Assembly: GCA_964492845.1 (NCBI GenBank)
Contig: CAZBMZ010000023.1
Coordinates: forward strand, 34,530 to 98,529
DNA: 64,000 nucleotides
From: an uncultured Clostridia bacterium
GTDB taxonomy: Bacteria > Acidobacteriota > Blastocatellia > Chloracidobacteriales > JADJPF01
Reading direction: 5' to 3'
Part shown: positions 47,914 to 56,737 of the stretch, piece after piece
Position numbering within the stretch: position 1 is the stretch's first letter
Layout of the letters: each line of letters starts with the position of its first letter
Notes under the pieces: generated by a model
Seen by the model: only the letters and a program-made list of their open reading frames with translations
What the model was told of the DNA's origin: nothing
Databases searched by the model: none
Program-made: the position numbers and the translations under genes

Positions 47914-49155
47914 TTACTCCTCAAAACGCTTAAAGATTAACGCAGCATTTGTTCCACCAAATCCAAATGAGTTAGAAAGCACATATTGTATCTTGGCTGA
48001 ACGTGCTTTATTTGGCACATAATCAAGATCACAGTCTGGGTCTGGTGTTTCATAGTTAATGGTTGGAGGGATAAGCTGGTGATAAAGTGCAAATACACTA
48101 ATTCCTGCTTCTAATCCTCCAGCAGCACCAAGTAAATGACCTGTCATTGATTTAGTAGAGCTAACTGGAATTTTATAAGCATGTTCACCAAAAACTTGTT
48201 TAATAGCAAAAGTCTCTATTCTGTCATTAAAAGGGGTTGAAGTGCCATGAGCATTGATATAACTAATATCTGCTGGGCTAATTGCAGCATCTTTAAGAGC
48301 ATTTTTCATAACCCGAATTGCTCCATCAGCATCTTCTGAAGGTTGAGTAATATGGAAAGCATCTGAAGACATACCATAGCCAACTACTTCAGCAAAAATT
48401 CTTGCTCCACGTTGGCGAGCATATTCATATTCTTCAAGCATTAAAATTCCTGCACCTTCACCAATAACAAACCCATCTCTTTCTTTATCAAAAGGACGAC
48501 TAGCTGTTTGTGGGGAATCATTTCTAGTTGAAAGTGCGCGCAGAGCAGCAAAACCGGCAACACTCATTGGTGTGATAGCACCTTCGGCCCCACCACAGAT
48601 CATAGCCGTAGCATCTCCGCGCTGAATAATCCTAAAAGCATCTCCTATTGCATGCGCTCCTGAAGCACAAGCTGTTGCAGTAGCAGAATTTGGCCCCTTT
48701 GCACCAAAACGAATTGAGACATTCCCAGCAGCAAGATTTACAATTGTGGATGGAATAAAGAAAGGTGATACTTTACCTGGCCCACCTTGTAGTAATTTAG
48801 TGTGTTCACGCTCAATAATGCCAAAACCGCCTATTCCTGAACCAATATAAGTGCCTACCTGCTCAGCATTTTCTGGAGTTATTTTTAGCCCAGAAGAGTC
48901 CACAGCTTCTTGTGAAGCAGCAATGGCATAGTGAATAAACACATCCATTTTCTTAACTTCTTTTTTTATAATAAACTTTTCTGGATTAAAATTTTTTACT
49001 TCCCCAGCAAATCTTACTGGATATTCTTTAACATCAAAATGAGTAATATTTTCAATACCGCTACGACCTGCAATTAAACTAGTCCAAGTATCTTCCGCAG
49101 TATTACCGAGCGCGCTAACTAATCCAACGCCTGTAACCACTACTCGATGATTCAC
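47914..49155 (-). CDS. fabF: 3-oxoacyl-ACP synthase II
   Basis: '[14 protein letters not shown]', active-site '[14 protein letters not shown]', 'NAHGTSTP', '[12 protein letters not shown]', '[11 protein letters not shown]'. Confidence 0.9.
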   Translation of the reverse strand: MNHRVVVTGVGLVSALGNTAEDTWTSLIAGRSGIENITHFDVKEYPVRFAGEVKNFNPEKFIIKKEVKKMDVFIHYAIAASQEAVDSSGLKITPENAEQVGTYIGSGIGGFGIIEREHTKLLQGGPGKVSPFFIPSTIVNLAAGNVSIRFGAKGPNSATATACASGAHAIGDAFRIIQRGDATAMICGGAEGAITPMSVAGFAALRALSTRNDSPQTASRPFDKERDGFVIGEGAGILMLEEYEYARQRGARIFAEVVGYGMSSDAFHITQPSEDADGAIRVMKNALKDAAISPADISYINAHGTSTPFNDRIETFAIKQVFGEHAYKIPVSSTKSMTGHLLGAAGGLEAGISVFALYHQLIPPTINYETPDPDCDLDYVPNKARSAKIQYVLSNSFGFGGTNAALIFKRFEE

Positions 49156-49228
49156 ACAGCCTCCTAACTAAAACTTTTACTTAATAAAAATCTAAGGTTT
49201 TTAAGTTAGTTTATTTAGTCTAAATAAT

Positions 49229-49477
49229 TTATTTTGCTAAATGACTTTCTATATAAGCAATTGCATCTCTAACACTAGTAATTTTTTCAGCATCTTCATC
49301 TGGGATTTCAATACCAAATTCTTCTTCAAAGTGCATTACTAGTTCAACTGTATCTAAAGAATCAGCACCTAAATCATCAATAAATCGAGCATTAGAAGTT
49401 ACTTCTGCTTCATCTACACCTAATTCTTCAACAATAATTTGTCTTACTCTTTCTTCAACATTTGATACTTCTGCCAT
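49229..49477 (-). CDS. acpP: Acyl carrier protein
   Basis: '[20 protein letters not shown]' with the phosphopantetheine Ser. Length 82 aa. Confidence 0.9.
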   Translation of the reverse strand: MAEVSNVEERVRQIIVEELGVDEAEVTSNARFIDDLGADSLDTVELVMHFEEEFGIEIPDEDAEKITSVRDAIAYIESHLAK

Positions 49478-49532
49478 AACTTTTCCTACCTTTCAAATAT
49501 AAATATTAAATTAATTTTTCAAAATAACTTTC

Positions 49533-50489
49533 TTAACTAGCACTAACACTTGTAGTAATAGTGTTAGTACTAATAAATTGTTGTAGAGTTTTATCGTCTT
49601 CTATGTTAGCTAACGAGACGTTGTCAACAATGTTTTTTATTAATCCTATTAAGACATTTTTTGGCCCGACTTCAATAAATCTGCTTACACCACTTTCAGC
49701 TAATAATTTTATAGATTCTGTCCATCTGACAGGAGCGCAAACTTGTCTAATTAAGCTATCTCTTAGCTTTTTGCCGTCCATAATAATTTGAGCATCAACA
49801 TTATTAACTAGTGGGATTTTTGGATCAGGAAAATTTACTTCTGCTAAATCTTTAGCTAAGTTATCTGCGGCTGGTTTCATTAGTTGGCAATGAAATGGTG
49901 CGCTAACAGGTAAAAGCTTTGCACGGCCAGCTTTGCGCGACTTTAGTTCTGCAATTGCTCTTTCTACCGCCTGTTTTTCACCTGCAATAACTGTTTGTGT
50001 AGGAGTATTTAAGTTAGCGGCACTGCAAATTTCCGAGCCTGCAACTTGTTTACAGACTTCTTCTACTACTTGAAAGTCTGCTCCTATAACTGCCGCCATA
50101 GCACCAACTCCAGCCGGCACAGCCGTCTGCATATAAAGACCTCGTTTATGGACTAGTTGAACGGCTGTAGCTAAATCTAGCACTTCAGCAGCAACTAAAG
50201 CAGAATATTCCCCTAAACTATGGCCTGCTAAATAATCTGGTTTTATTCCTAAACTAGCTAAAACTCGGTAAGCAGCAACAGAAACAGTTAAAATAGCAGG
50301 TTGTGTGTTAGCAGTTAATTGTAGTTCTGTGTCTGGCCCTTCAAAACAAAGCTTGCTAATAGAAAATCCTAAAGCTTGATCGGCTTGGTCAAAAACCTCT
50401 TTTGCTACTGCATATTTTTCATAAAAGTCCCGCCCCATTCCTACATATTGTGAAGCTTGACCGGGAAAGACAAAAGCTGTTTTTGTCAT
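49533..50489 (-). CDS. fabD: Malonyl-CoA:ACP transacylase
   Basis: 'FVFPGQASQYVGMG', 'AGHSLGEYSALV', 'LPVSAPFHCQLM'. Confidence 0.9.
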   Translation of the reverse strand: MTKTAFVFPGQASQYVGMGRDFYEKYAVAKEVFDQADQALGFSISKLCFEGPDTELQLTANTQPAILTVSVAAYRVLASLGIKPDYLAGHSLGEYSALVAAEVLDLATAVQLVHKRGLYMQTAVPAGVGAMAAVIGADFQVVEEVCKQVAGSEICSAANLNTPTQTVIAGEKQAVERAIAELKSRKAGRAKLLPVSAPFHCQLMKPAADNLAKDLAEVNFPDPKIPLVNNVDAQIIMDGKKLRDSLIRQVCAPVRWTESIKLLAESGVSRFIEVGPKNVLIGLIKNIVDNVSLANIEDDKTLQQFISTNTITTSVSAS

Positions 50490-50513
50490 AGCTAAATCTA
50501 CACTCCTGGGTTT

Positions 50514-50783
50514 TTACTGGTCTTCTTTATATAATTGAGTAAATACGCTTTCTCGGTTTTTCAAGAAAAACCGAACCATTAAAATGTCAATGAGTAAGCC
50601 TAGTATAAGGCTTATTACTACTAAGGCTGGAGCAAGGGAAAAAGAAAGATTATTAAGTAATCTATATGTACCTACAAAACCAATACTAAGAAAAACTGCT
50701 CCTAAGCCAATGCCCAAAAAGAACTTAGTTAGAAAGTTAGATATCGTTATTTTTTTTTCTACTTTATTTAAGTTATCAACCAC
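50514..50783 (-). CDS. Small two-TM membrane protein of unknown function, embedded in the fab operon
   Basis: 89 aa with two hydrophobic segments, 'FLGIGLGAVFLSIGFVGTY' and 'LAPALVVISLILGLLIDILMV'. Same strand as its neighbours, with short gaps to both. Confidence 0.5.
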   Translation of the reverse strand: MVDNLNKVEKKITISNFLTKFFLGIGLGAVFLSIGFVGTYRLLNNLSFSLAPALVVISLILGLLIDILMVRFFLKNRESVFTQLYKEDQ

Positions 50784-50811
50784 GTCAAAAAGCTATAGTT
50801 TTTTATTTCAA

Positions 50812-51528
50812 TCAAGGGTTTGAGTCAAGGAATTTGGCCGTAATTTGACAATCTGTTAGGATCTGATCTGTAAAACGGCCTTGTTCTGTAGCTTGTTTTT
50901 CTAACTGCTCTCGCTCATCTAAAGAAGGATTTCCACGTCCCTGACTATAAACAAGTAATTGCTTTAATGTTACTTCATCAACAACACGCCAAATAGCATA
51001 TTGCACTGGTGTTAAATCTACTTTTGTTTCTGTTTCTGGATGACGAAAACAGAAACATTCAACGAGCCTTCGTAAATCACCGCTAGCTATATTGCCTAGT
51101 TGATATTCTGCTGGTTTATAGGGGTAATGTCGGCGCATTTGTAGGGAAAAAACTTCCAAATTACCAGTCCATTCACCATATGCAACTATTTCAACTTGAA
51201 CTGAGCGAGTAACAACTAAGTCTTGATAGCGAGCCGTCAACGCCCGTAAAACAGTACCGCAGTCAACTCGGAAAGTTTGTGATTGGTTAGTTTCATTTTT
51301 GATATGTAGTGTTACTACTTCCCCAAAAGGTTGTGCTTCTTCTATTTTTTCTATTAGAGCAGAAATATTTTTAATAGTTAAAGAACCTTTAGCAACTAAC
51401 TCTGCTATTTGCGGCTTTTGCTCGCCTTCATATCTAGTTGGTGTACCAAAATCAACTTTTTTACTAGCATTTTGGCAAGCTATTAAGCTAATTAGAAATA
51501 TAGCAAAAAAAAGCTGTTTTTTTACCAT
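50812..51528 (-). CDS. Lipoprotein of unknown function, embedded in the fab operon
   Basis: Lipobox 'FLISLIAC'. Its start overlaps the fabH stop by 7 nt, consistent with translational coupling. Confidence 0.6.
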   Translation of the reverse strand: MVKKQLFFAIFLISLIACQNASKKVDFGTPTRYEGEQKPQIAELVAKGSLTIKNISALIEKIEEAQPFGEVVTLHIKNETNQSQTFRVDCGTVLRALTARYQDLVVTRSVQVEIVAYGEWTGNLEVFSLQMRRHYPYKPAEYQLGNIASGDLRRLVECFCFRHPETETKVDLTPVQYAIWRVVDEVTLKQLLVYSQGRGNPSLDEREQLEKQATEQGRFTDQILTDCQITAKFLDSNP

Positions 51529-52511
51529 TTAACTAAAGTCGCGCCCCAGGTTACCCCAGCACCAAATGAAACAAACATTACTATATCATTCTTCTTTATG
51601 CGATTTGCCTTAAGACATTCATCTAGAGCTATTGGGATTGAAGCAGAAGAAGTATTACCAATACGAGAAATATTGCCATATACTTTTTCCGGTGGAATGC
51701 CTAAACGCTCTGCTACAGCATCAGCAATACGTTGATTAGCTTGATGAGGAATAAGTAGGTTAATATCATTAGCTTTTAAGCGAGCTTCATCAAAGACTAA
51801 ATTAGAGATTTCACACATATTGCGGACAGCAATTTTGAAAAGTTCATTACCCTTCATTTTTATATAGTGAAGCCGAGCATCAATACTTTCATGTGTAGCT
51901 GGATTACGAGTCCCTCCACCAGGAATATATAGATATTCTGCATAATCTCCATCGCTTTGCATTCGTGTTGCTAATACTCCAGATCCATCATCTTTAGGTA
52001 CAATTACAGCCGCCCCTGCACCATCTCCAAATATTACACAAGTAGCACGATCCGTATAATCAACATAGCGTGAGAGTAGTTCTGCACCAATAATTAATAT
52101 TCGTTTAGCTGTACCACTACGAATAAATTGATCTGCTACAGTTAAGCTATAGATAAAGCCAGAACAAGCAGCAACTAAATCAAAAGCAGCAGCGCGTTTT
52201 GCTCCAAGTTGTGTTTGGATTAAACAAGCTGTTGAAGGCAATGTCATATCTGGACACACAGTAGCACAAATAATTAAATCTAGTTCACTTGGCTTTACTC
52301 CGGCTGTTTCTAGTGCTTGACGAGCAGCAGCAACAGCAAAAGTGGAAGTATATTCATCAGCACGCGCAATATGACGTTCTCTAATACCGGTACGAGTCAT
52401 TATCCAGTCATCAGATGTTTCTACCAACTTTTCTAATTCTTCATTGGTAAGAATTTTTTCTGGTAGAGCATGACCAGTACCAGCAATGCTGGCTCTTAAT
52501 AAATTACTCAT
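51522..52511 (-). CDS. fabH: 3-oxoacyl-ACP synthase III
   Basis: 'AACSGFIYSL' (active-site Cys), 'PHQANQRI', 'GNTSSASIP', 'FGAGVTWGA'. Confidence 0.9.
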   Translation of the reverse strand: MSNLLRASIAGTGHALPEKILTNEELEKLVETSDDWIMTRTGIRERHIARADEYTSTFAVAAARQALETAGVKPSELDLIICATVCPDMTLPSTACLIQTQLGAKRAAAFDLVAACSGFIYSLTVADQFIRSGTAKRILIIGAELLSRYVDYTDRATCVIFGDGAGAAVIVPKDDGSGVLATRMQSDGDYAEYLYIPGGGTRNPATHESIDARLHYIKMKGNELFKIAVRNMCEISNLVFDEARLKANDINLLIPHQANQRIADAVAERLGIPPEKVYGNISRIGNTSSASIPIALDECLKANRIKKNDIVMFVSFGAGVTWGATLVKW

Positions 52512-52533
52512 TTTATTAAACCTTTGAAATTAC

Positions 52534-52713
52534 TTACTCTTCGGTTTCAAATACTTGAGTCTCACCATAATAGCCACATTTGGAGCAAACACGGTGAGTT
52601 TCTTTTGGAGCTTTACAATGAGGACAAGCCATTAAAAGTGGGGCTACAATACCATCATGTGCGCGGCGTTTACCTCGGCGTGCTTTAGAATGTCGTCTCT
52701 TTGGATTTGGCAT
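52534..52713 (-). CDS. rpmF: 50S ribosomal protein L32, absent from the ORF track (59 aa)
   Basis: Own translation: MPNPKRRHSKARRGKRRAHDGIVAPLLMACPHCKAPKETHRVCSKCGYYGETQVFETEE. It has the typical L32 N-terminus and a CxxC...CxxC knuckle. RBS AAGGAG (52723-52728) upstream. Confidence 0.85.
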   Translation of the reverse strand: MPNPKRRHSKARRGKRRAHDGIVAPLLMACPHCKAPKETHRVCSKCGYYGETQVFETEE

Positions 52714-52740
52714 AATTTTTTCTCCTTGATTTATTAAGTT

Positions 52741-53268
52741 TTATTGTAATTTCTTCTTTAAATCTGTCAAAGCTTGCCAACGTAAATCAACCGACTTATT
52801 AGAACAATTGCAAACATTTAAGTTACGGTTTTGCTTACATTCGCTACATAAACCCTGGCAATTTTCTTGACATAGTTTTGACATTGGTAAAGCAAGCTGT
52901 ATTTGTTCACAAACTAAATCATCTAATTCAATTTGGTTATTTTCATAAAAGTGAAAATCTAACTCATTTTTCTCTAAAATTAACTCATCTGTTTTACTTA
53001 AGTTAGCCATCGATAAACAAATTAAATTAAATGTTGTATGAATTGGTATTTTTACCTGTATTAAACAACGATCACAAAAAGTTTCTACATCCGTTTCTAA
53101 TTGACCTTTTAAGTCTATTTCTCGCCCACGTCGCCTAAGCGTCAAATTAACAGAACAATCTGAAACTATAGTGGATTCATCGTCTTGCCAATCTAATGTA
53201 TTTATTGGATATTGATGTGCTAACTGTATTTCTTCTTTTTTTTGTAGCTCAGTTAAATCAATGAGCAT
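52741..53268 (-). CDS. yceD: YceD/DUF177 family protein (accessory protein associated with large-subunit ribosomal protein L32)
   Basis: Conserved position upstream of rpmF. C-terminal Cys cluster 'CQENCQGLCSECKQNRN...CNC'. ATG at 53268 preferred over the ORF-track TTG at 53277. Confidence 0.7.
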   Translation of the reverse strand: MLIDLTELQKKEEIQLAHQYPINTLDWQDDESTIVSDCSVNLTLRRRGREIDLKGQLETDVETFCDRCLIQVKIPIHTTFNLICLSMANLSKTDELILEKNELDFHFYENNQIELDDLVCEQIQLALPMSKLCQENCQGLCSECKQNRNLNVCNCSNKSVDLRWQALTDLKKKLQ

Positions 53269-53391
53269 AAAGCACAACTTCCTTTCTTAACACCGAAACT
53301 AGCAATTATATTAAGGGGTTAGCTTTTGTCAACCTGATACTGCTCTATCTTAGAACTCTAAATTTAATATAACTTGAAAACATTGAAATTG

Positions 53392-53420
53392 TTGTCAACA
53401 AAATATTAATAGTATATAAT
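53392..53420 (+). promoter_or_regulatory. Sigma70-type promoter of the ArsR-family regulator gene
   Basis: -35 TTGTCA (53392-53397), 17-nt spacer, consensus -10 TATAAT (53415-53420). Confidence 0.55.
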
Positions 53421-53436
53421 TTATTTACTAAATAAT

Positions 53437-53450
53437 TATATAGTTATATA
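53437..53450. promoter_or_regulatory. Candidate operator TATATA-GT-TATATA. It contains the 12-mer TATAGTTATATA that recurs at the downstream promoter.
   Basis: The 12-mer at 53439-53450 is identical to 53919-53930. It lies just downstream of the -10 of the regulator gene. Confidence 0.4.
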
Positions 53451-53478
53451 GTCATATCACTTTAAGGAGAAGCTTTTT

Positions 53479-53829
53479 ATGAAAAAATCATCCTCTAAAC
53501 CTACATTGTCAACAGAAGCTTTAGAACTAGTAGCTGAAAGATTTAAGGCCCTGTCTGAACCTATTCGCTTACGTATTTTACAAGAGCTACATGATGGAGA
53601 AATGAGTGTTTCAGAAATTACCCAAGCAATAGGTTCTACTCAACCAAATGTTAGTAAACACTTAAAATTACTACAAGATGCAGGCTTGCTACTACGCAGA
53701 CAACAAGCTAACGCTGTTTATTACTCAATTGGGGATGAAGTAATTTTTGAAATTTGTGAAATTGTTTGTAACAGCCTTAAAGAAAGAGTTTCGGCTAAAG
53801 CTGATGCACTTGGTCTAAAGTTAAAATAA
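53479..53829 (+). CDS. ArsR/SmtB-family transcriptional regulator (likely persulfide/sulfide-responsive, BigR/SqrR-like by context)
   Basis: wHTH segment 'FKALSEPIRLRILQELHDGEMSVSEITQAIGSTQPNVSKHLKLLQDAGLL'. RBS AAGGAG upstream. Heads a sulfide-oxidation cluster. Confidence 0.8.
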   Translation: MKKSSSKPTLSTEALELVAERFKALSEPIRLRILQELHDGEMSVSEITQAIGSTQPNVSKHLKLLQDAGLLLRRQQANAVYYSIGDEVIFEICEIVCNSLKERVSAKADALGLKLK

Positions 53830-53895
53830 ACCTTCTAACTTTTACCTACCTTGTTTTAACCAAACTTTACAAATAAAAACTCCTGGTAAAAAATA

Positions 53896-53930
53896 TTGAC
53901 ATCATCGATATATGCCTTTATAGTTATATA
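53896..53930 (+). promoter_or_regulatory. Sigma70-type promoter of the sulfide-oxidation operon, with the shared 12-mer overlapping the -10
   Basis: -35 TTGACA (53896-53901), 17-nt spacer, -10 TATAGT (53919-53924). The 12-mer TATAGTTATATA occupies 53919-53930. Confidence 0.55.
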
Positions 53931-53966
53931 AGAAAATAAGCAATAACAAATTTTATGAGGTTTCAA

Positions 53967-54524
53967 ATGTTAGTACAAAAGTTTGAATGTGAAGTAAATA
54001 AACTTAGTAAAATATTAAATAATAAGGAAAACTGTTTATTAATAGATGTTAGAGAGTATCCAGAATATGCAGCAGGTAGAATTGCTCAAGCGCGTCTTAT
54101 AGCATTAGGAGAACTAGAAAAAAGAGCAAATGAACTAGATAAACAAATACCTATTTATTTAATTTGTCGTAGTGGACACCGAGCTAGTCAGGCACAAGAC
54201 AAACTTTTAGCACTTGGATTTAGAGAGGTTCATAATGTTAGGGGTGGGATGATGGCTTGGCAAGCGGCTGGACTACCTATAGAAGTTAGCCAAAAAGCTC
54301 CTTGGGCATTAGAAAGACAAGTAAGACTTGTTGCAGGCTTTTTAGTTTTACTTGGAACTTTATTAAGTCTTTTTATTACTCCAGCTTTTATTTATTTAGC
54401 AATGTTTGTTGGTGCTGGTCTAGTTTTTGCGGCTCTTACTGATAGTTGTGCAATGGCACTGCTACTTGCTAAATTACCTTGGAATAAAGCAGATACTCAA
54501 AACTGTTCTATACAAAGGGGTTAG
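53967..54524 (+). CDS. Rhodanese-domain sulfurtransferase fused to a DUF2892 membrane anchor (YgaP-like)
   Basis: Active-site loop 'LICRSGHRAS'. C-terminal TM hairpin 'LVAGFLVLLG...FVGAGLVFAALTDSCAM'. ATG at 53967 preferred (GAGG 6 nt upstream). The alternative ATG is at 53955. Confidence 0.75.
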   Translation: MLVQKFECEVNKLSKILNNKENCLLIDVREYPEYAAGRIAQARLIALGELEKRANELDKQIPIYLICRSGHRASQAQDKLLALGFREVHNVRGGMMAWQAAGLPIEVSQKAPWALERQVRLVAGFLVLLGTLLSLFITPAFIYLAMFVGAGLVFAALTDSCAMALLLAKLPWNKADTQNCSIQRG

Positions 54525-54527
54525 TTT

Positions 54528-55289
54528 ATGACTACCTCATTAATCATTGGCCTAATACTAAGTGCAGCAATAGGTTTTTCTTTAGGTTTAATTGGTGGTG
54601 GTGGTTCAATTATTACTGTTCCAGTTTTGGTTTATGTAATTGGTGTGTCAGCACATCAAGCAATTGGAATGTCTTTAGCTGTAGTAGGAATAACTAGTTT
54701 AATAGCTACTTTTCTACACTATAAACAAAAAACTGTAAATCTAAAGATTGCTGCTCTTTTTGGTATTACAGGTATGACAGGTGCTTATTTTGGTTCAGGA
54801 TTAACTTATTTATTTAATTCCACTTCATTACTTTTTATTTTTGGTAGTGTAATGCTAGTAATTTCACTAGCAATGTTATTAAAAGATCAAAAAGATATTT
54901 CTCAAAATGTTTCTCAAAACAAGCTAGTCAAATCAATAATTGCAGGGTTAATAGTAGGGTTATTAACAGGTTTTTTAGGTGTTGGCGGAGGCTTTTTAAT
55001 TGTTCCAGCTTTAATATTTTTTGCTGGTTTAGAAATAAAAGATGCTATTGGCACTTCCCTCTTGATAATTACAATTAACTCTTTAGCTGGTTTAATTGGT
55101 CATTTGCAACATGTTTCTTTTGACTTACGCTTAACAATACTTATAACAGTTATTGCTGCACTAGGTACAATTTTAGGTACTAAAGTTGCTCATCAAGTTT
55201 CTGCTACGACATTAAAAAGCGGGTTTGCTACTTTTGTGCTGGTAGTAGCTATATTTTTAATAATTAAAAACTATCATTTTATTTTCTAA
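54528..55289 (+). CDS. TauE/SafE (TSUP) family sulfite/organosulfur anion exporter
   Basis: Polytopic protein with duplicated 'GGGGSIITVPVLVY' / 'GVGGGFLIVPALIF' motifs. Confidence 0.8.
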   Translation: MTTSLIIGLILSAAIGFSLGLIGGGGSIITVPVLVYVIGVSAHQAIGMSLAVVGITSLIATFLHYKQKTVNLKIAALFGITGMTGAYFGSGLTYLFNSTSLLFIFGSVMLVISLAMLLKDQKDISQNVSQNKLVKSIIAGLIVGLLTGFLGVGGGFLIVPALIFFAGLEIKDAIGTSLLIITINSLAGLIGHLQHVSFDLRLTILITVIAALGTILGTKVAHQVSATTLKSGFATFVLVVAIFLIIKNYHFIF

Positions 55290-55306
55290 TTGATTAAGGA
55301 GGAGTT

Positions 55307-56707
55307 ATGTTTTTCAAGCAATTTTACTTAGGATGTTTAGCACATGCTTCATATTTAATTGGTTCTGAGGGAGAAGCCGCAGTAGTAGACCCACAACGCG
55401 ATATTGATCAATATTTAGCTGTAGCAACAGCAGAAAACTTAAAAATTAAATATGTAATAGAAACCCACTTGCATGCAGATTTTGTTAGTGGACACCGTGA
55501 ATTGGCTGCACACACAGGAGCAGAAATTGTTTTTGGTGAAAAGGCTGGTGCAACATTTCCTCATTTAGCTGTTAAAGATGGCGATGAAATCAAATTAGGG
55601 AAAGTGCTATTAAAAATTTTAGAAACTCCTGGTCATACACCAGAAAGTATTTCTATAACTGTTACAGATAAAGAAGTTTCCAGTGATCCTCAAAAAGTTC
55701 TAACAGGAGATACACTTTTTATTGGTGATGTTGGGCGACCTGACTTAGTAGGCTCAAAAGGTTATACACCTCAAGCAATGGCTGAAATGCTTTATCATAG
55801 CCTACATGAAAAACTCTTAAAGTTACCCGATGCAGTGGAAGTTTACCCAGCACATGGAGCAGGTTCACTTTGTGGACGTAGTATGTCAAAAGAAACTTCA
55901 TCAACTATTGGTGAACAAAAGAAATTTAACTATGCTCTAAAACCAATGGGCAAAGATGAATTTGTTAAAATGATGACGGCCGATTTGCCAGAAGTCCCAG
56001 CTTATTTTCCTAAAGATGCCGAAATAAATCGCACAGGTGCAAAAGCTCTCGCTGAACTACCTAATCCTTTAGCGATGACACCAGAAGAAGTAAATAAATT
56101 TATCCAACAAGGCTATTTAGTTTTAGATATTCGTCCTTCGTCGGCTTTTGGAGCAGGACACGTTCCAGGCTCGCTCAACATTGCACTTAGCGGACAATTT
56201 GCTTCCTGGGCAGGAACTTTTATTTCCTTAAATACTCCTATCATTCTTGTAGCTGAGGATTTAGACAATGTAAGAGAAGCTATTACTAGGCTTGCTCGCG
56301 TAGGAATAGAAAATGTTAAAGGTTATTTAGATGGACAAATTTTTGCTTGGGATAAAGCTAATTTAGCCATAAGCCAAATAATGCAAATTTCTGTAGATGA
56401 CCTAAATCAGCAACTCAAAGAAGACAATTTACTAAAAGTTATTGATGTACGTAGGCCCGCAGAATATCAGTCAGGTCATGCACCTACTGCCATTAATTCA
56501 CAACTAGCATTTTTAGAAAGAGAGCTTTCACAATTTGATGCCAAGCGTCCAACAGCCATCATTTGTGCTAGTGGATATCGTTCTGCTATTGCCGCTAGCT
56601 TGCTAGCTCGTCATGGATTTTCAAAACTTTACAATGTAGTTGGTGGCACTACAGCCTGGATAAATGCTGGTTACAAGGTGGAAAAACCCATAGCTGCAAA
56701 CAACTAA
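55307..56707 (+). CDS. Persulfide dioxygenase (MBL fold) fused to two rhodanese domains (CstB/Blh-like)
   Basis: 'ETHLHADFVSGH', 'TPGHTPES', 'YPAHGAGSLCG'. The rhodanese modules end with the active-site loop 'IICASGYRSAIA'. Confidence 0.8.
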   Translation: MFFKQFYLGCLAHASYLIGSEGEAAVVDPQRDIDQYLAVATAENLKIKYVIETHLHADFVSGHRELAAHTGAEIVFGEKAGATFPHLAVKDGDEIKLGKVLLKILETPGHTPESISITVTDKEVSSDPQKVLTGDTLFIGDVGRPDLVGSKGYTPQAMAEMLYHSLHEKLLKLPDAVEVYPAHGAGSLCGRSMSKETSSTIGEQKKFNYALKPMGKDEFVKMMTADLPEVPAYFPKDAEINRTGAKALAELPNPLAMTPEEVNKFIQQGYLVLDIRPSSAFGAGHVPGSLNIALSGQFASWAGTFISLNTPIILVAEDLDNVREAITRLARVGIENVKGYLDGQIFAWDKANLAISQIMQISVDDLNQQLKEDNLLKVIDVRRPAEYQSGHAPTAINSQLAFLERELSQFDAKRPTAIICASGYRSAIAASLLARHGFSKLYNVVGGTTAWINAGYKVEKPIAANN

Positions 56708-56737
56708 GACAATTAAAAACTTAAAAGGTAATTCATT

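Noticed and set aside
47910-47924. ORF-track TTG start of etfB at 47924
   Set aside because: It lies within the fabF stop and RBS sequence. The GTG at 47909 gives the canonical 'KIIVCVKQVP' N-terminus with correct RBS spacing.
50750-50758. T9 homopolymer (A9 on the coding strand) near the 5' end of the small membrane ORF, and A8/T8 runs at about 11506-11513, 28594-28601 and 53235-53242, considered as phase-variation tracts
   Set aside because: Runs of 8-9 A/T are expected by chance in such an AT-rich sequence and encode ordinary Lys/Phe stretches. There is no evidence of frame disruption.
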